Positions 18,353 through 27,534 of a stretch of DNA of 64,000 nucleotides are shown here, piece by piece; position 1 is the first letter of the stretch, and each line of letters opens with the position of its first letter. Both the position numbers and the translations under genes were made by a program. The notes beneath the pieces are model-generated. The model saw nothing but the letters and a program-made list of their open reading frames with translations, was not told where the DNA came from and did not search any database. The stretch spans positions 710 through 64,709 of the forward strand of contig CAZIQO010000002.1 in the NCBI GenBank assembly GCA_964541465.1, in the 5' to 3' direction. Source of the stretch: an uncultured Oscillospiraceae bacterium (GTDB lineage: Bacteria > Bacillota > Clostridia > Christensenellales > CAG-138).

Positions 18353-19537
18353 TTACTCTTCGCTGTTGGTCTCCGCTGCGCGGAAAATCCGGATCACGTC
18401 CTCCTCGCCGAGCGGGCGGATGCAGCCGATCTTCCCGCCCCCGCAGGCAAGCTTTGCCATGGCGGCGTAGTCCGCATCGGAACGGACGCCGATCTCCTGC
18501 ATGGTCTGCGGCGCGCCGAGCTCGCGGTAGAACGCACGCAGCCGCCGGATGCCCTCTTTCGCGGTCTCCTCCGGGTGAACCCAGTCCGGCTCCGCACCCA
18601 TCACGCGCACGGCAAACTGCGCAAACCTCGGCACGTTGGAGCGGTAGACGTATTCGACCCAGGCGGGGATCAGCACGGAAAGCGTCGCGCCGTGCACAAT
18701 ATTGTAATACCCGCTCAGCTGCGCGCCCATGCAGTGGCTCGCCCAGTCCTGCGCGCGGCCGATGCCGACAAGGCCGTTGTGCGCCACGACGGAGGAAACC
18801 ATCAGTTCGGCGCGCGCGTCGTAATCGGCCGGGTTCTTCAGCACGCGGCGCGCGTTGTGCATGGCGGATACCATGATCGCCTCGCCCATGCGGTCGGTCA
18901 GATCATTTCCGACCGACGAGGAGAAGTACCGTTCCATCACGTGCGAGATCATGTCCACCACGCCGTATACGGTCTGCTTGCGCGGCAGCGTGAACGTCAG
19001 TTCGGGGTCCATGAGCGTAAAGGCCGGCCGGATGACGTCGCTCATGATGTCCCGCTTCTGCTTTGTGGCCATGTTTGTGATCACGGAGCCGTTGCTCCCC
19101 TCGCTGCCGGTCGCGGGCAGCGTCATGATCGTGCCGACCGGAAGCGCCTGTTCGACCGAGGCCTTACCGAGGTAGAGATCCCATACGTCGCCATCGTACG
19201 CCGTGCCGACCGCGACGGCCTTCGCCGTGTCGATCACGCTGCCGCCGCCGAGCGCGAGCACGAACCCCACCTTCTCTTTGCGGCAGATTTCAATTCCCTT
19301 GTACACCAGATCCAGCGTCGGGTTCGGCTGCACGCCGGGCAGCTCGAAGCACCGAAGTCCAGCGCCCTCGAGCGCGTTCATCACGCGGTCCCGCAGCCCC
19401 GAATCGTAGATGAACCGGTCGCCGTAGTGCGTGAGCAGCACACTGTCGCTGTAGCGCTTCACCTCTTCGCCCGCGAGCGCGATTGCCCCGCGGCGCAGAA
19501 TCATCCTTGTCGGCGATACGAACGAAAAATCATCCAT
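18353..19537 (-). CDS. iron-containing (group III) alcohol dehydrogenase
   Basis: 394 aa with GGGSVIDTAKAVA and a His-rich metal-site region (HVMERYF... HNGLVG... H). BdhA/YqhD-like. Confidence 0.9.
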   Translation of the reverse strand: MDDFSFVSPTRMILRRGAIALAGEEVKRYSDSVLLTHYGDRFIYDSGLRDRVMNALEGAGLRCFELPGVQPNPTLDLVYKGIEICRKEKVGFVLALGGGSVIDTAKAVAVGTAYDGDVWDLYLGKASVEQALPVGTIMTLPATGSEGSNGSVITNMATKQKRDIMSDVIRPAFTLMDPELTFTLPRKQTVYGVVDMISHVMERYFSSSVGNDLTDRMGEAIMVSAMHNARRVLKNPADYDARAELMVSSVVAHNGLVGIGRAQDWASHCMGAQLSGYYNIVHGATLSVLIPAWVEYVYRSNVPRFAQFAVRVMGAEPDWVHPEETAKEGIRRLRAFYRELGAPQTMQEIGVRSDADYAAMAKLACGGGKIGCIRPLGEEDVIRIFRAAETNSEE

Positions 19538-19650
19538 GCTCCGTCCTCTCCTTTTCCTCGACTTCTTTCCCCGGCATCCGGGGAGCCGTTTGTTTCATGC
19601 CTCTTTGCCACACGCGGACCGCCTTTCAGCGATCCGCGTTGCTTGATCCC

Positions 19651-20601
19651 TCAGGAGGCCTTCGCCGTTTCTTTCTTGGTTTTTACCTTCTTGCCCGTCT
19701 GCCTTGCCCGGCGCATCGTCGAACTCAGCGCAAGAGCGATGAGTGCGAACACATACGGGAACGTCTTCACAAGATACGGCGAGATGTTCGACGCGAGCAG
19801 TTCGAAGCGCACGCCGATGGCGTCCGCAACGCCCAGCAGCAGCGCGACGAGCCACGTCGCAATCGGGTCCGCGCCGCCGAACACAAACGCCGTAAACGCC
19901 GTATAACCGCGGCCGGCCACCATGTTTTCCGTAAACGACGTGACGGAAACCGTCGACATATAGGCGCCGCCCAGGCCGCACATGAAACCCGACCACAGGA
20001 TGGCCAGGAGCTTGATGCGATTGGTCTTGATGCCCGCGGCTTCCGCGGTCTCCGGCGACTCGCCGATCGCGCGGACCGCAAGGCCGAAGTGCGTGCGGTA
20101 CAGAACGACGGCCGTGATCAGCGTGATCAGCATGCACAGGTACACCATGTAGTTCTGCCCGCTGAACAGTTCCCCGAGCACGGGGATATCCTTCAGCACG
20201 GGAATGGTGATCGATTTCGCCTTTGTGATCACGTCGGGTTTGAGCGAACCGGACGTATCGAACATCACGCGCAGGAAATAGGACGTAAGCCCCACGCCGA
20301 GCAGGTTGATCGCGATGCTCGCCACGATCGCGTTCGCGTTGAGCTTGAGCACCGCCATCGCGTAGACCAGCGAAAGCAGCATGGAAAACACGACCGCCGT
20401 CACAAGACCCATGATCATGCTCCCGCCGAACCAGCAGACGCCGGCGGTCGCGCTGAACGCGCCGATGAGCATCAGTCCTTCAAGGCCGATATTGAACACA
20501 CCGCAGCGCTGGCACATCAGGCCGCCCATCGCGGCAAGCGCAATCGGCGTCGCGGTCCGGATCGCGGTTGCAAACAGGGACAGGTCAAAATAGTGTCCCA
20601 T
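19651..20601 (-). CDS. ABC transporter permease (BMP/nucleoside-type, NupQ/YufQ-like)
   Basis: 316 aa polytopic membrane protein. Start codon shares one base with the upstream permease stop (TGATG). Confidence 0.85.
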   Translation of the reverse strand: MGHYFDLSLFATAIRTATPIALAAMGGLMCQRCGVFNIGLEGLMLIGAFSATAGVCWFGGSMIMGLVTAVVFSMLLSLVYAMAVLKLNANAIVASIAINLLGVGLTSYFLRVMFDTSGSLKPDVITKAKSITIPVLKDIPVLGELFSGQNYMVYLCMLITLITAVVLYRTHFGLAVRAIGESPETAEAAGIKTNRIKLLAILWSGFMCGLGGAYMSTVSVTSFTENMVAGRGYTAFTAFVFGGADPIATWLVALLLGVADAIGVRFELLASNISPYLVKTFPYVFALIALALSSTMRRARQTGKKVKTKKETAKAS

Positions 20602-21740
20602 CAGCGGCTCACCTCCGTTCCGGCGTCCCCTTCTTCGCCCTGCGGCAGCGTTGCAGGTTCGGAAACCGCCTTGTCTTTTTTATACCGTTTCAGCCACTGT
20701 TTGATGTAGGGCGCCGCGAACGTCGCACTGATGGCAAGCACGATGATGGCCTGCACGATGTCCGCCGTAGCGGCCGGAATGTTTGTGATGCGCTGCATGT
20801 TCGTCATGCCGTTGTCGAGGCACGCGAAGAAGAACGCCGCAAAGATACAGCCGATCGGATTGTTGTTGGCCAGAATCGCCACGACGATGCCGGAGAAGCC
20901 GATCTGCGCGGAGTTGAAGAGATTCACAAACCGATGCTGGACGCCGAGGATCATCACGACGCCCGCGATGCCGGAGATGAATCCGCTGACCATCATGACC
21001 TTGAGGATCGCCGTCTTGGAGCGGATGCCGCCGTAGCGCGCGAATTCCGGATTCTCGCCGGTTACCTTGAGTTCGTACCCGAAGCGCATCCGGTTCATGA
21101 CGAAAGCAAGCAGGAACGCGAGCACGATGCCGATATACAGTCCGGTGTTCGCCTTGCCCAGAACGCTCGAAAGAAAGTAGCTCTCGGACACGTATTCGCT
21201 CGAATTGACGATATTCGGCGTCTTGAGCGGGCCGAGGATGACCGCCTCCGTCACAAGCTCCGCGATGAAGTTGAGCAGCAGCGTCGACACGACCTCGTCC
21301 GCGTTCCAGAGCACCTTCATCAGCGCGGGAATCAGCGCGAACAGCATCCCCGCGATCCCGCCGATGAGAAACAGAAACGGGATGCCCACGACGCGCGAAA
21401 GATTCGGCAGCCACAGCGCGACCACCGTGCAGGCGAGCGCGCCCATGTAATACTGACCGTCGATGCCGAGATTGAAAAAGCCCATTTTAAACGGCATGCA
21501 GACCGCGAGCGCCGTGATCAGAAGAAAGATCATGGCCTTGATCGTGCCGCCGAAGTCCTTCACCAGCCCTCTCCCGATTCCGTCGATCACGCTTCCCCAC
21601 GGATAGCCGGAAAGGCCGAGAAACACGGTCGCGAGGACCAGCGCGAGCACGATCAGAACAACTCTTCCGATGACGGAATGGAGCATGTTCTTGAGCTGCA
21701 TCGTCAAAGCCGCTTTTTTCTTTTCCGATAGTTTCATCAT
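20601..21740 (-). CDS. ABC transporter permease (NupP/YufP-like)
   Basis: 379 aa polytopic membrane protein located between the ATPase and the second permease. Confidence 0.85.
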   Translation of the reverse strand: MMKLSEKKKAALTMQLKNMLHSVIGRVVLIVLALVLATVFLGLSGYPWGSVIDGIGRGLVKDFGGTIKAMIFLLITALAVCMPFKMGFFNLGIDGQYYMGALACTVVALWLPNLSRVVGIPFLFLIGGIAGMLFALIPALMKVLWNADEVVSTLLLNFIAELVTEAVILGPLKTPNIVNSSEYVSESYFLSSVLGKANTGLYIGIVLAFLLAFVMNRMRFGYELKVTGENPEFARYGGIRSKTAILKVMMVSGFISGIAGVVMILGVQHRFVNLFNSAQIGFSGIVVAILANNNPIGCIFAAFFFACLDNGMTNMQRITNIPAATADIVQAIIVLAISATFAAPYIKQWLKRYKKDKAVSEPATLPQGEEGDAGTEVSR

Positions 21741-21744
21741 GGCT

Positions 21745-23274
21745 CTACGCCCTCATTTCTTCCGCGGTCATGCGCTTCGCACCCGACATGTAAAGGCCGA
21801 TCTCGCCTTCGCTGACGGACCCGGCGCGGAAGGACGCAACAATCTCCCCTTCGTACATCACCAAAATCCGGTCCGAAAGTTCGAATATCTCGCTCAGTTC
21901 CGCAGAGATCAGCAGAATTCCCGTTCCCTCGTCGCGAAGCTTGAGCAGCTGCGCATGCATGAATTCGATCGCGCCGATATCCACGCCGCGCGTCGGCTGC
22001 GCCGCGATCAGAAGATCCGGATCGGAGTCGATCTCCCTCGCGTAGATCACCTTCTGGATGTTGCCGCCGGACAGCGTTTTGAGCGCGTATTTCGCGCTGG
22101 GCACCTTGATGCCGAACTTCTCGACCAGATTCTCCGCCATCGTGTCCGTCCGCTTGCGATCGAGCACATGGAACCGCGCGTACGGCGCGCGGTAGTAGCA
22201 GTTCAGAATCAGGTTCTCCTCGATGGAGCAGTGCGCCGCGACGCCGACCCGCATGCGGTCCTCCGGGATATGGGAGATGCCGAGTTCCCTGCGCTGACGG
22301 ATGCTTTTTTTATTGATCGGGACGTTTTCAAAATAGAGCTTCCCGCGCAGCGCCGGACTCTGCCCCGCCACGACCTCCTCGATCTCCGTCTGCCCGTTGC
22401 CCTCCACGCCGGCGATGCCCACGATCTCTCCCTTATGCACGGAAAAGCTCACGTTTCGCACGGCCATGAAGTTACGCGCATTCTTGGCGTACAGGTTCTC
22501 CACGCGCAGGACCTCCTCGCCCGGCGCGTACGGCGCGCGCGGCAGATTGCTCTGCGTCACGTGTCCGACCATCAGGTTGGAAAGCTCCCTTTCGTTCGTC
22601 TCCGAAGCCAGCACGCGGCCGGTCACAACGCCTTTGCGCATGACGGTGATCCGGTTTGCGATGGCCAAAACTTCTTTTAATTTGTGCGTGATAAAGATGA
22701 TTGAGCAGCCGTTGCTCTGCAGATTATGAAGAACGCCGAAAAGAACCTTCGCCTCCGGCGGCGTAAGCACCGCCGTAGGTTCGTCAAAGATCAGGATCTT
22801 CGCATCCCGGTAGAGAAGCTTGACAATTTCGATCCTCTGGCGCTCGCCGACGGAAAGCTCGTAAACCTTCACATCCAGGTCCACGTGGAGCCCGTAGCGG
22901 TCCATGATGTCCTCCACCTTTTTGCGCGCCTTTTTCAGATCGATAAGCACCTTGTCGTGCGCGGAATTGCCGAGCGCTATGTTCTGAAGCGCGGTCAGCG
23001 ACGGCGCCAGCATGAAGTGCTGATGCACCATGCCGACCTGATGCCGGATCGCTTCGAGCGCCGTGCGCATCTCGACTTTCTCTCCAAACAGACGGATGCT
23101 TCCGGCATCCGGCTGAATCAGACCGTAGAGGATATTCATCAGTGTGGTTTTCCCCGCGCCGTTTTCCCCGATTAAACCATGGAGTTCCCCCTCCTCGATC
23201 ACCAGATCCACGTGGTCCACCGCGTGTACGTCGCCGAAGCTCTTGTCTATGCCCCTCATTTCCAGCACTTGCAT
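21745..23274 (-). CDS. ABC transporter ATP-binding protein with duplicated ABC domains
   Basis: 509 aa with Walker A GENGAGKTT, signature LSVGERQR and second signature LSGGNIQK. AGGAGGA RBS. Confidence 0.9.
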   Translation of the reverse strand: MQVLEMRGIDKSFGDVHAVDHVDLVIEEGELHGLIGENGAGKTTLMNILYGLIQPDAGSIRLFGEKVEMRTALEAIRHQVGMVHQHFMLAPSLTALQNIALGNSAHDKVLIDLKKARKKVEDIMDRYGLHVDLDVKVYELSVGERQRIEIVKLLYRDAKILIFDEPTAVLTPPEAKVLFGVLHNLQSNGCSIIFITHKLKEVLAIANRITVMRKGVVTGRVLASETNERELSNLMVGHVTQSNLPRAPYAPGEEVLRVENLYAKNARNFMAVRNVSFSVHKGEIVGIAGVEGNGQTEIEEVVAGQSPALRGKLYFENVPINKKSIRQRRELGISHIPEDRMRVGVAAHCSIEENLILNCYYRAPYARFHVLDRKRTDTMAENLVEKFGIKVPSAKYALKTLSGGNIQKVIYAREIDSDPDLLIAAQPTRGVDIGAIEFMHAQLLKLRDEGTGILLISAELSEIFELSDRILVMYEGEIVASFRAGSVSEGEIGLYMSGAKRMTAEEMRA

Positions 23275-23302
23275 GGGGGTCCTCCTAAATGATAAGATGT
23301 GC

Positions 23303-23339
23303 GGGAATGCGCGGACTCGCAGAAGTTCCGCGCATTCCC
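23303..23339 (-). other. intercistronic stem-loop between the binding-protein and ATPase genes
   Basis: 13-bp stem gggaatgcgcgga / tccgcgcattccc with no clear U-tract. This position is typical of SBP-gene mRNA stabiliser/attenuator hairpins. Confidence 0.6.
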
Positions 23340-23372
23340 TTTCCTGTATTTACCTGTTTTTCCGGTGTTTCA

Positions 23373-24515
23373 TCAGCGGGCCAGGATTGCCGCCCAATCC
23401 GGCGTATCGGTGATGAACTCGACCGTCAGCGCGCCGCTTTCAATCTGAGCGAGCGCTTCGTCAACCTTCGTCCAGGCCGCGTCGACAGCGTCCGCCTTGT
23501 CCGGGACCGCCGCCTTGAAGTTCGCGGTTGCTTCGTCGCTGTAGGCCATAATGCCGTCGTCATACCCTACGACCTGGCTGCCGCCCTGCCAATTGCCGGT
23601 TGCCCACTTTTCGACCGCGTTGTAGAGGTCGACGTCGAAGTAAACGACCCAGCACGCCGGGAGGACCGCCTCATAGCCTTCGCTGAGGTTGTAGGACGTG
23701 TCGCCGATGACCAGCACGTCGCCGGCTTCCTGAGCAGCCTCGTACACACCAACGCGCGCAGCGCCGATATCGGTGCCGATCACGTCGCAGCCGACGGCGA
23801 TCATGGCTTCCGCCTTGGTCTTTGCGGAATCGACGTCTTCATAGCTGTTGTTGTAGATGAACTCTACCTGAGCGTCGGGGTTGGCCCACTTTACGCCCTG
23901 CATGAAGCCGTTGGCTTCCGCGTTGGCCGAGGGCTCCTCAGCACCGAGGATGAAACCGACATGGCCGTCCGTAGACATGCTCGCCGCGAGGATGCCCGCG
24001 ATGAACAGGCCCTTCTGGGTCTGCCAGTTGGTCGTGTAGATGTTGTCGTAGCCTTCAATGTTCTGATACAGGCCGACGAACTTCACATCCGGATAATCCT
24101 TGGCGCACTGCATCACCGCTTCGGACATGAACGAGAAGGTGGTGATGATGAGCTGGCAACCTTCCTCGCAGAGCGCGGCGAGGTCGTCGTAGTAGTTGGC
24201 TTCGTCGAGGGACTCGAGCGTCGTGTAATCCAGATTATAGTCCGCGGATACTCTCTGGAGTCCTTCGAGCATCTGGTCGATGGAGCTGCCGTCGCCGAAG
24301 CGCTGGTTCGCTACGAGCGCAATCTTCGGCTTTGCGGTCTCCTCGGTCGTCTCTTCCGCAGGCGCCTCGGTCGTCTCTTCCACAGGCGCTTCGGTCGCTT
24401 CCGTAGCGGTGGTGGTCTCTTCGGATTCGGTCGTTGTCTTGGCGCAGCCGGCAAACATCACCGAAACAAGCGCCAGCGCTAGCAACAGGGCAAGGAATTT
24501 CTTTGCTTCTTTCAT
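23373..24515 (-). CDS. BMP-family (Med/PnrA-like) ABC substrate-binding lipoprotein
   Basis: Signal peptide plus lipobox MKEAKKFLALLLALALVSVMFAGC, a Thr/Glu-rich linker, then a BMP-type domain. GAAGGAGA RBS before ATG 24515. The 616-aa track ORF is an artefactual extension. Confidence 0.85.
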   Translation of the reverse strand: MKEAKKFLALLLALALVSVMFAGCAKTTTESEETTTATEATEAPVEETTEAPAEETTEETAKPKIALVANQRFGDGSSIDQMLEGLQRVSADYNLDYTTLESLDEANYYDDLAALCEEGCQLIITTFSFMSEAVMQCAKDYPDVKFVGLYQNIEGYDNIYTTNWQTQKGLFIAGILAASMSTDGHVGFILGAEEPSANAEANGFMQGVKWANPDAQVEFIYNNSYEDVDSAKTKAEAMIAVGCDVIGTDIGAARVGVYEAAQEAGDVLVIGDTSYNLSEGYEAVLPACWVVYFDVDLYNAVEKWATGNWQGGSQVVGYDDGIMAYSDEATANFKAAVPDKADAVDAAWTKVDEALAQIESGALTVEFITDTPDWAAILAR

Positions 24516-25885
24516 TAGGGTCTCTCCTTCTTTTCGTATTGTTTCAGCGCAGACGGGCCGTACTTTGAGAGAATCCTCTCGCTGGCCGACTCGGCTGCGC
24601 GGAAAACCACAGTTTCGTCGATCGTTCGGACGGCACGTTCGCGCATCACGGCTTTCCCGCGCACAAACGTGTCCGTCACGTCCCTGCCGCAGGCGCTGTA
24701 CGCCAGATCGGACAGGACGTTTTCGTGTACCCCCAACCGCAGGGGACGCATATGGGTCCCCGTTGCGTCCACCAATATGAAATCCGCCGATTTCCCGACG
24801 GTAAGCGTGCCGATTTCGTTCTCCATTCCAAACACGCGCGCGCCGCCGATGGTGGCCGCTTCGAGCGCCTGCCGCGCCGTCATGCTGCGGATCCCCTTCG
24901 TGATGGTCTGCAGCAGCACCGCGTATTTGATCTCCCCGAACATATCGTTCGTATTGTCCCACATTGCGCCGTCCGTACCGAGTCCAAGGATCACGCCGTC
25001 CGCAATGTATTCTTTCAGCGGCGCCACGCCGTCGCAGATCTTCATTTCGCACACCGGCGTGTTGGCCACGGCCACATCGCCGCTCTTCATGAGCGCGCGG
25101 TCCTCCGCGTTTGCGTAAACCGCATGCGAAGCGACGATCCGGACGCGTCCAAGCAGCCCGTGATCCGCCAGAAACCGCATGGGCGTACAGCCGTACTTTT
25201 CCCGGATCAGGCGCATGCGCCACGGCGTCTCCTGCAGATGCTGGGTCACCATGATCCCCCGCGACTGCGCAAGCGCGATCACGCGTTCCATCAGTTCCGG
25301 TTCAAATGTTTCTTCGGCCACGCTCGAAAGCATGGGGAGAAGTCCGTTCCGCCGGCATTCGGCGATGAATTCGTCCAGATATTCCGCCGTGATATGGCCG
25401 CCCGCCGGGTCCAGCGATTTATCGGTGAAGTATTGCTCCGCCAGCGCGCCGCGGATGCCGACCTGATCCATTGCGCGCACCGAAGAAAGCCCCAGCCCCC
25501 AGTACATATGTTCCGCGAGGAACGTCGTGCCGGACCGGACGGCCTCCAGATAAACCAGTTGCCGCGCAGCATACCGTTCCTCGTCGGTAAGGTCACAGCC
25601 GAACCAGCAGTTTTCAAGGAACGCCTCGTTCTGTTCGGCGAGCGTCATATCGTCGCCAACGCCGCGGAAGATCGTCATATCCCCGTGGCAGTGCCCGTTC
25701 ACAAGGCCCGGCATCACGATACGCCCGTCCGCGTCGACCGTCTCCCCCGCCTCCGCGTTTGGCGCATCCCCGGCGGCGAGCGCAGCAATGCGCCCGTCCC
25801 GAACGCCCATCCAGCCGATAAACGGCTCGCACGCGGGTTCCATGGTTACGAAGATTCCGTTTCGTATCAACAGGTCGAATGTCAT
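24515..25885 (-). CDS. amidohydrolase-superfamily deaminase-like protein (ATZ/TRZ, MtaD/guanine/cytosine-deaminase group)
   Basis: Metal-ligand pattern GHCHGD ... HLQE ... GTDG. 456 aa. Stop overlaps the downstream ATG by 1 nt (TAATG). Confidence 0.8.
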   Translation of the reverse strand: MTFDLLIRNGIFVTMEPACEPFIGWMGVRDGRIAALAAGDAPNAEAGETVDADGRIVMPGLVNGHCHGDMTIFRGVGDDMTLAEQNEAFLENCWFGCDLTDEERYAARQLVYLEAVRSGTTFLAEHMYWGLGLSSVRAMDQVGIRGALAEQYFTDKSLDPAGGHITAEYLDEFIAECRRNGLLPMLSSVAEETFEPELMERVIALAQSRGIMVTQHLQETPWRMRLIREKYGCTPMRFLADHGLLGRVRIVASHAVYANAEDRALMKSGDVAVANTPVCEMKICDGVAPLKEYIADGVILGLGTDGAMWDNTNDMFGEIKYAVLLQTITKGIRSMTARQALEAATIGGARVFGMENEIGTLTVGKSADFILVDATGTHMRPLRLGVHENVLSDLAYSACGRDVTDTFVRGKAVMRERAVRTIDETVVFRAAESASERILSKYGPSALKQYEKKERP

Positions 25886-25924
25886 TTTTACCGTTCCTCG
25901 CGCCCGCCCTGCCGGCGGAATTGG

Positions 25925-27247
25925 TCAGGAATTTCTGTCGATCCGCTCGTAGATCAGCGGGCGGTCCGCAATATCGGCGCGCGACTTGCGAAGCGTAATC
26001 GCATGCCGCAAAGCGGGCACGGACTGCTTGAGCTTCTCCGCGTCCGCCGCGAAGGCCTCGCAGAGCGTCTCGCCCTGCCGGACCGCGTCCCCCACCGCCT
26101 TATGGAACACGATGCCGGCCGTGTAGTCGATCTTGTCGTCCTTTTTCGCGCGCCCCGCGCCCATGACCACCGTCGCGCGGCCGATCTCCTCGGCGTTGAC
26201 AACGTCGAAGTATCCGTCGCTCTGCGCCTGCAGCACAATGCTGCAGGGCTGTTCATAGTAGTTCCACGGATGCTCCAGCACATCCGCATTTCCGCCCTGC
26301 CGGCCGATGAACTCCAGGAATTTTTTATAGGCGGAACCGTCGTGCAGCGACTGCTCCGCGCGCGCACGGCACACATCGCGCGTGCCTTTTCCGGCAAGCG
26401 TAAGCATTTCCGTCACAAGCACGAGGCATACCTCGGTCAGATCGGCCGGGCCTTCGCCGCGCAGCGTCTCCGCGGTCTCCATCACCTCGAGAAGATTGCC
26501 GACATACCGGCCGAGCGGCCGGTCCATGCGCGTGAGGATCGCCACGGTTTCCTTGCCGTGATGTTCGCCGATCTGCACCATCAGCCGCGCGACCGCGCGC
26601 GCCGCGTCGAGGTCCTTGAAAAATGCGCCGCTGCCCACCTTGACGTCCAGAACGAATTTGTCCGCGCCGGAGGCGAGCTTCTTGCTCATGATGCTGCTCG
26701 CAATCAGCGGCACGCTGTTTGCCGTGCCGGTCACGTCGCGGATGGCGTAGATCTTCTTGTCCGCGGGGGCCACGTTTGCCGTCTGCCCCGTCACCGCAAG
26801 GCCGATTTCATTGACGTTGCGGATGAATGCCTCCTCCGAAAGCGCAATATTGAAGGAAGGGATCGATTCCAGCTTGTCGATCGTCCCGCCGCCGAAGCCC
26901 AGCCCGCGGCCGGACATCTTGGCGATCTTTCCGCCGCACGCGGCGATGATCGGCGCAAGGATCATCGTGGTCTTGTCCCCGATGCCGCCGGTGCTGTGCT
27001 TGTCCACCTTGACGCCGGAGATACCGGAAAGGTCCAGCATATCGCCGGAGCGCGCCATGGCGTCCGTAAGCTGCGCCGTCTCCGTCGCGTTCATTCCGTT
27101 GATGTAGACGGCCATGATGAACGCCGCAGCCTGATAATCGGGGATCTCGCCGGAGCAGAATCCCTCCACGAACTGCGCAATTTCACTCTCGGTCAGTTCA
27201 TGACCGTTCGCTTTTCTTTCGATAATATCACAGAAGCGCTGCGCCAT
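25925..27247 (-). CDS. pdp: pyrimidine-nucleoside (thymidine) phosphorylase
   Basis: 440 aa. Near-invariant family blocks AAFIMAVYINGM and VDKHSTGGIGDKTT, with full-length architecture. Confidence 0.92.
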   Translation of the reverse strand: MAQRFCDIIERKANGHELTESEIAQFVEGFCSGEIPDYQAAAFIMAVYINGMNATETAQLTDAMARSGDMLDLSGISGVKVDKHSTGGIGDKTTMILAPIIAACGGKIAKMSGRGLGFGGGTIDKLESIPSFNIALSEEAFIRNVNEIGLAVTGQTANVAPADKKIYAIRDVTGTANSVPLIASSIMSKKLASGADKFVLDVKVGSGAFFKDLDAARAVARLMVQIGEHHGKETVAILTRMDRPLGRYVGNLLEVMETAETLRGEGPADLTEVCLVLVTEMLTLAGKGTRDVCRARAEQSLHDGSAYKKFLEFIGRQGGNADVLEHPWNYYEQPCSIVLQAQSDGYFDVVNAEEIGRATVVMGAGRAKKDDKIDYTAGIVFHKAVGDAVRQGETLCEAFAADAEKLKQSVPALRHAITLRKSRADIADRPLIYERIDRNS

Positions 27248-27407
27248 ACTGCCGCTCTCCTTTACTGATGAAGTGAACCAAGCCGTGCCGTCCTGTGTTC
27301 CTCAGCGGTCGCGTTTCCGGTTCGCAAAATGCGCCGAACGATCGCTTCCGCCTGTCGTTTACTGTCTATCGTCTCACCGGCAAACTGCCGGGTGTTTTGC
27401 AAGAGCT

Positions 27408-27425
27408 AACATATGTTCATATGTT
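27408..27425. promoter_or_regulatory. operator-like inverted repeat AACATATG-TT-CATATGTT
   Basis: Perfect 8-bp arms. Lies 7 nt downstream of the pdp -10 element. Its core 14-mer is identical to 11528..11541. Confidence 0.6.
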
Positions 27426-27432
27426 GTTATTT

Positions 27433-27461
27433 ATATTAGCAATCGGCACCGCGTTTGTCAA
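27433..27461 (-). promoter_or_regulatory. sigma-A-type promoter of the pdp/nucleoside operon
   Basis: On the minus strand: TTGACA (27456..27461), 17-nt spacer, TAATAT (27433..27438). Confidence 0.65.
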
Positions 27462-27534
27462 TAGAACGCGATTTCTGCCGGACGGACCGCCGGGAAGCTT
27501 TTCCTTCGCTGCATCCCGTTCCGGAGGCCCGCCG

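Noticed and set aside
16114-18876. 920-aa plus-strand ORF, with similar giants at 24725..27268 (+), 30923..33697 (+), 39015..41663 (-), 59669..62023 (-), 8894..11074 (+), 33565..35841 (+) and 43345..45426 (+).
   Set aside because: Their composition is extremely Arg/Ala/Gly/His/Pro-rich. They have no recognisable domains and no RBS. Each lies exactly antisense to well-supported genes with strong family motifs. They are typical stop-poor shadow frames of GC-rich DNA.
23373-25223. Long N-terminal extensions in track ORFs: 616 aa for the BMP lipoprotein, 603 aa at 45165..46976, 332 aa at 27535..28533, 336 aa at 37774..38784, and 224 aa at 7520..8194.
   Set aside because: In each case an internal ATG or GTG with a GGAGG-type RBS starts the recognisable domain (signal peptide, Walker A, Rossmann fold). 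The extension overlaps the upstream gene in another frame.
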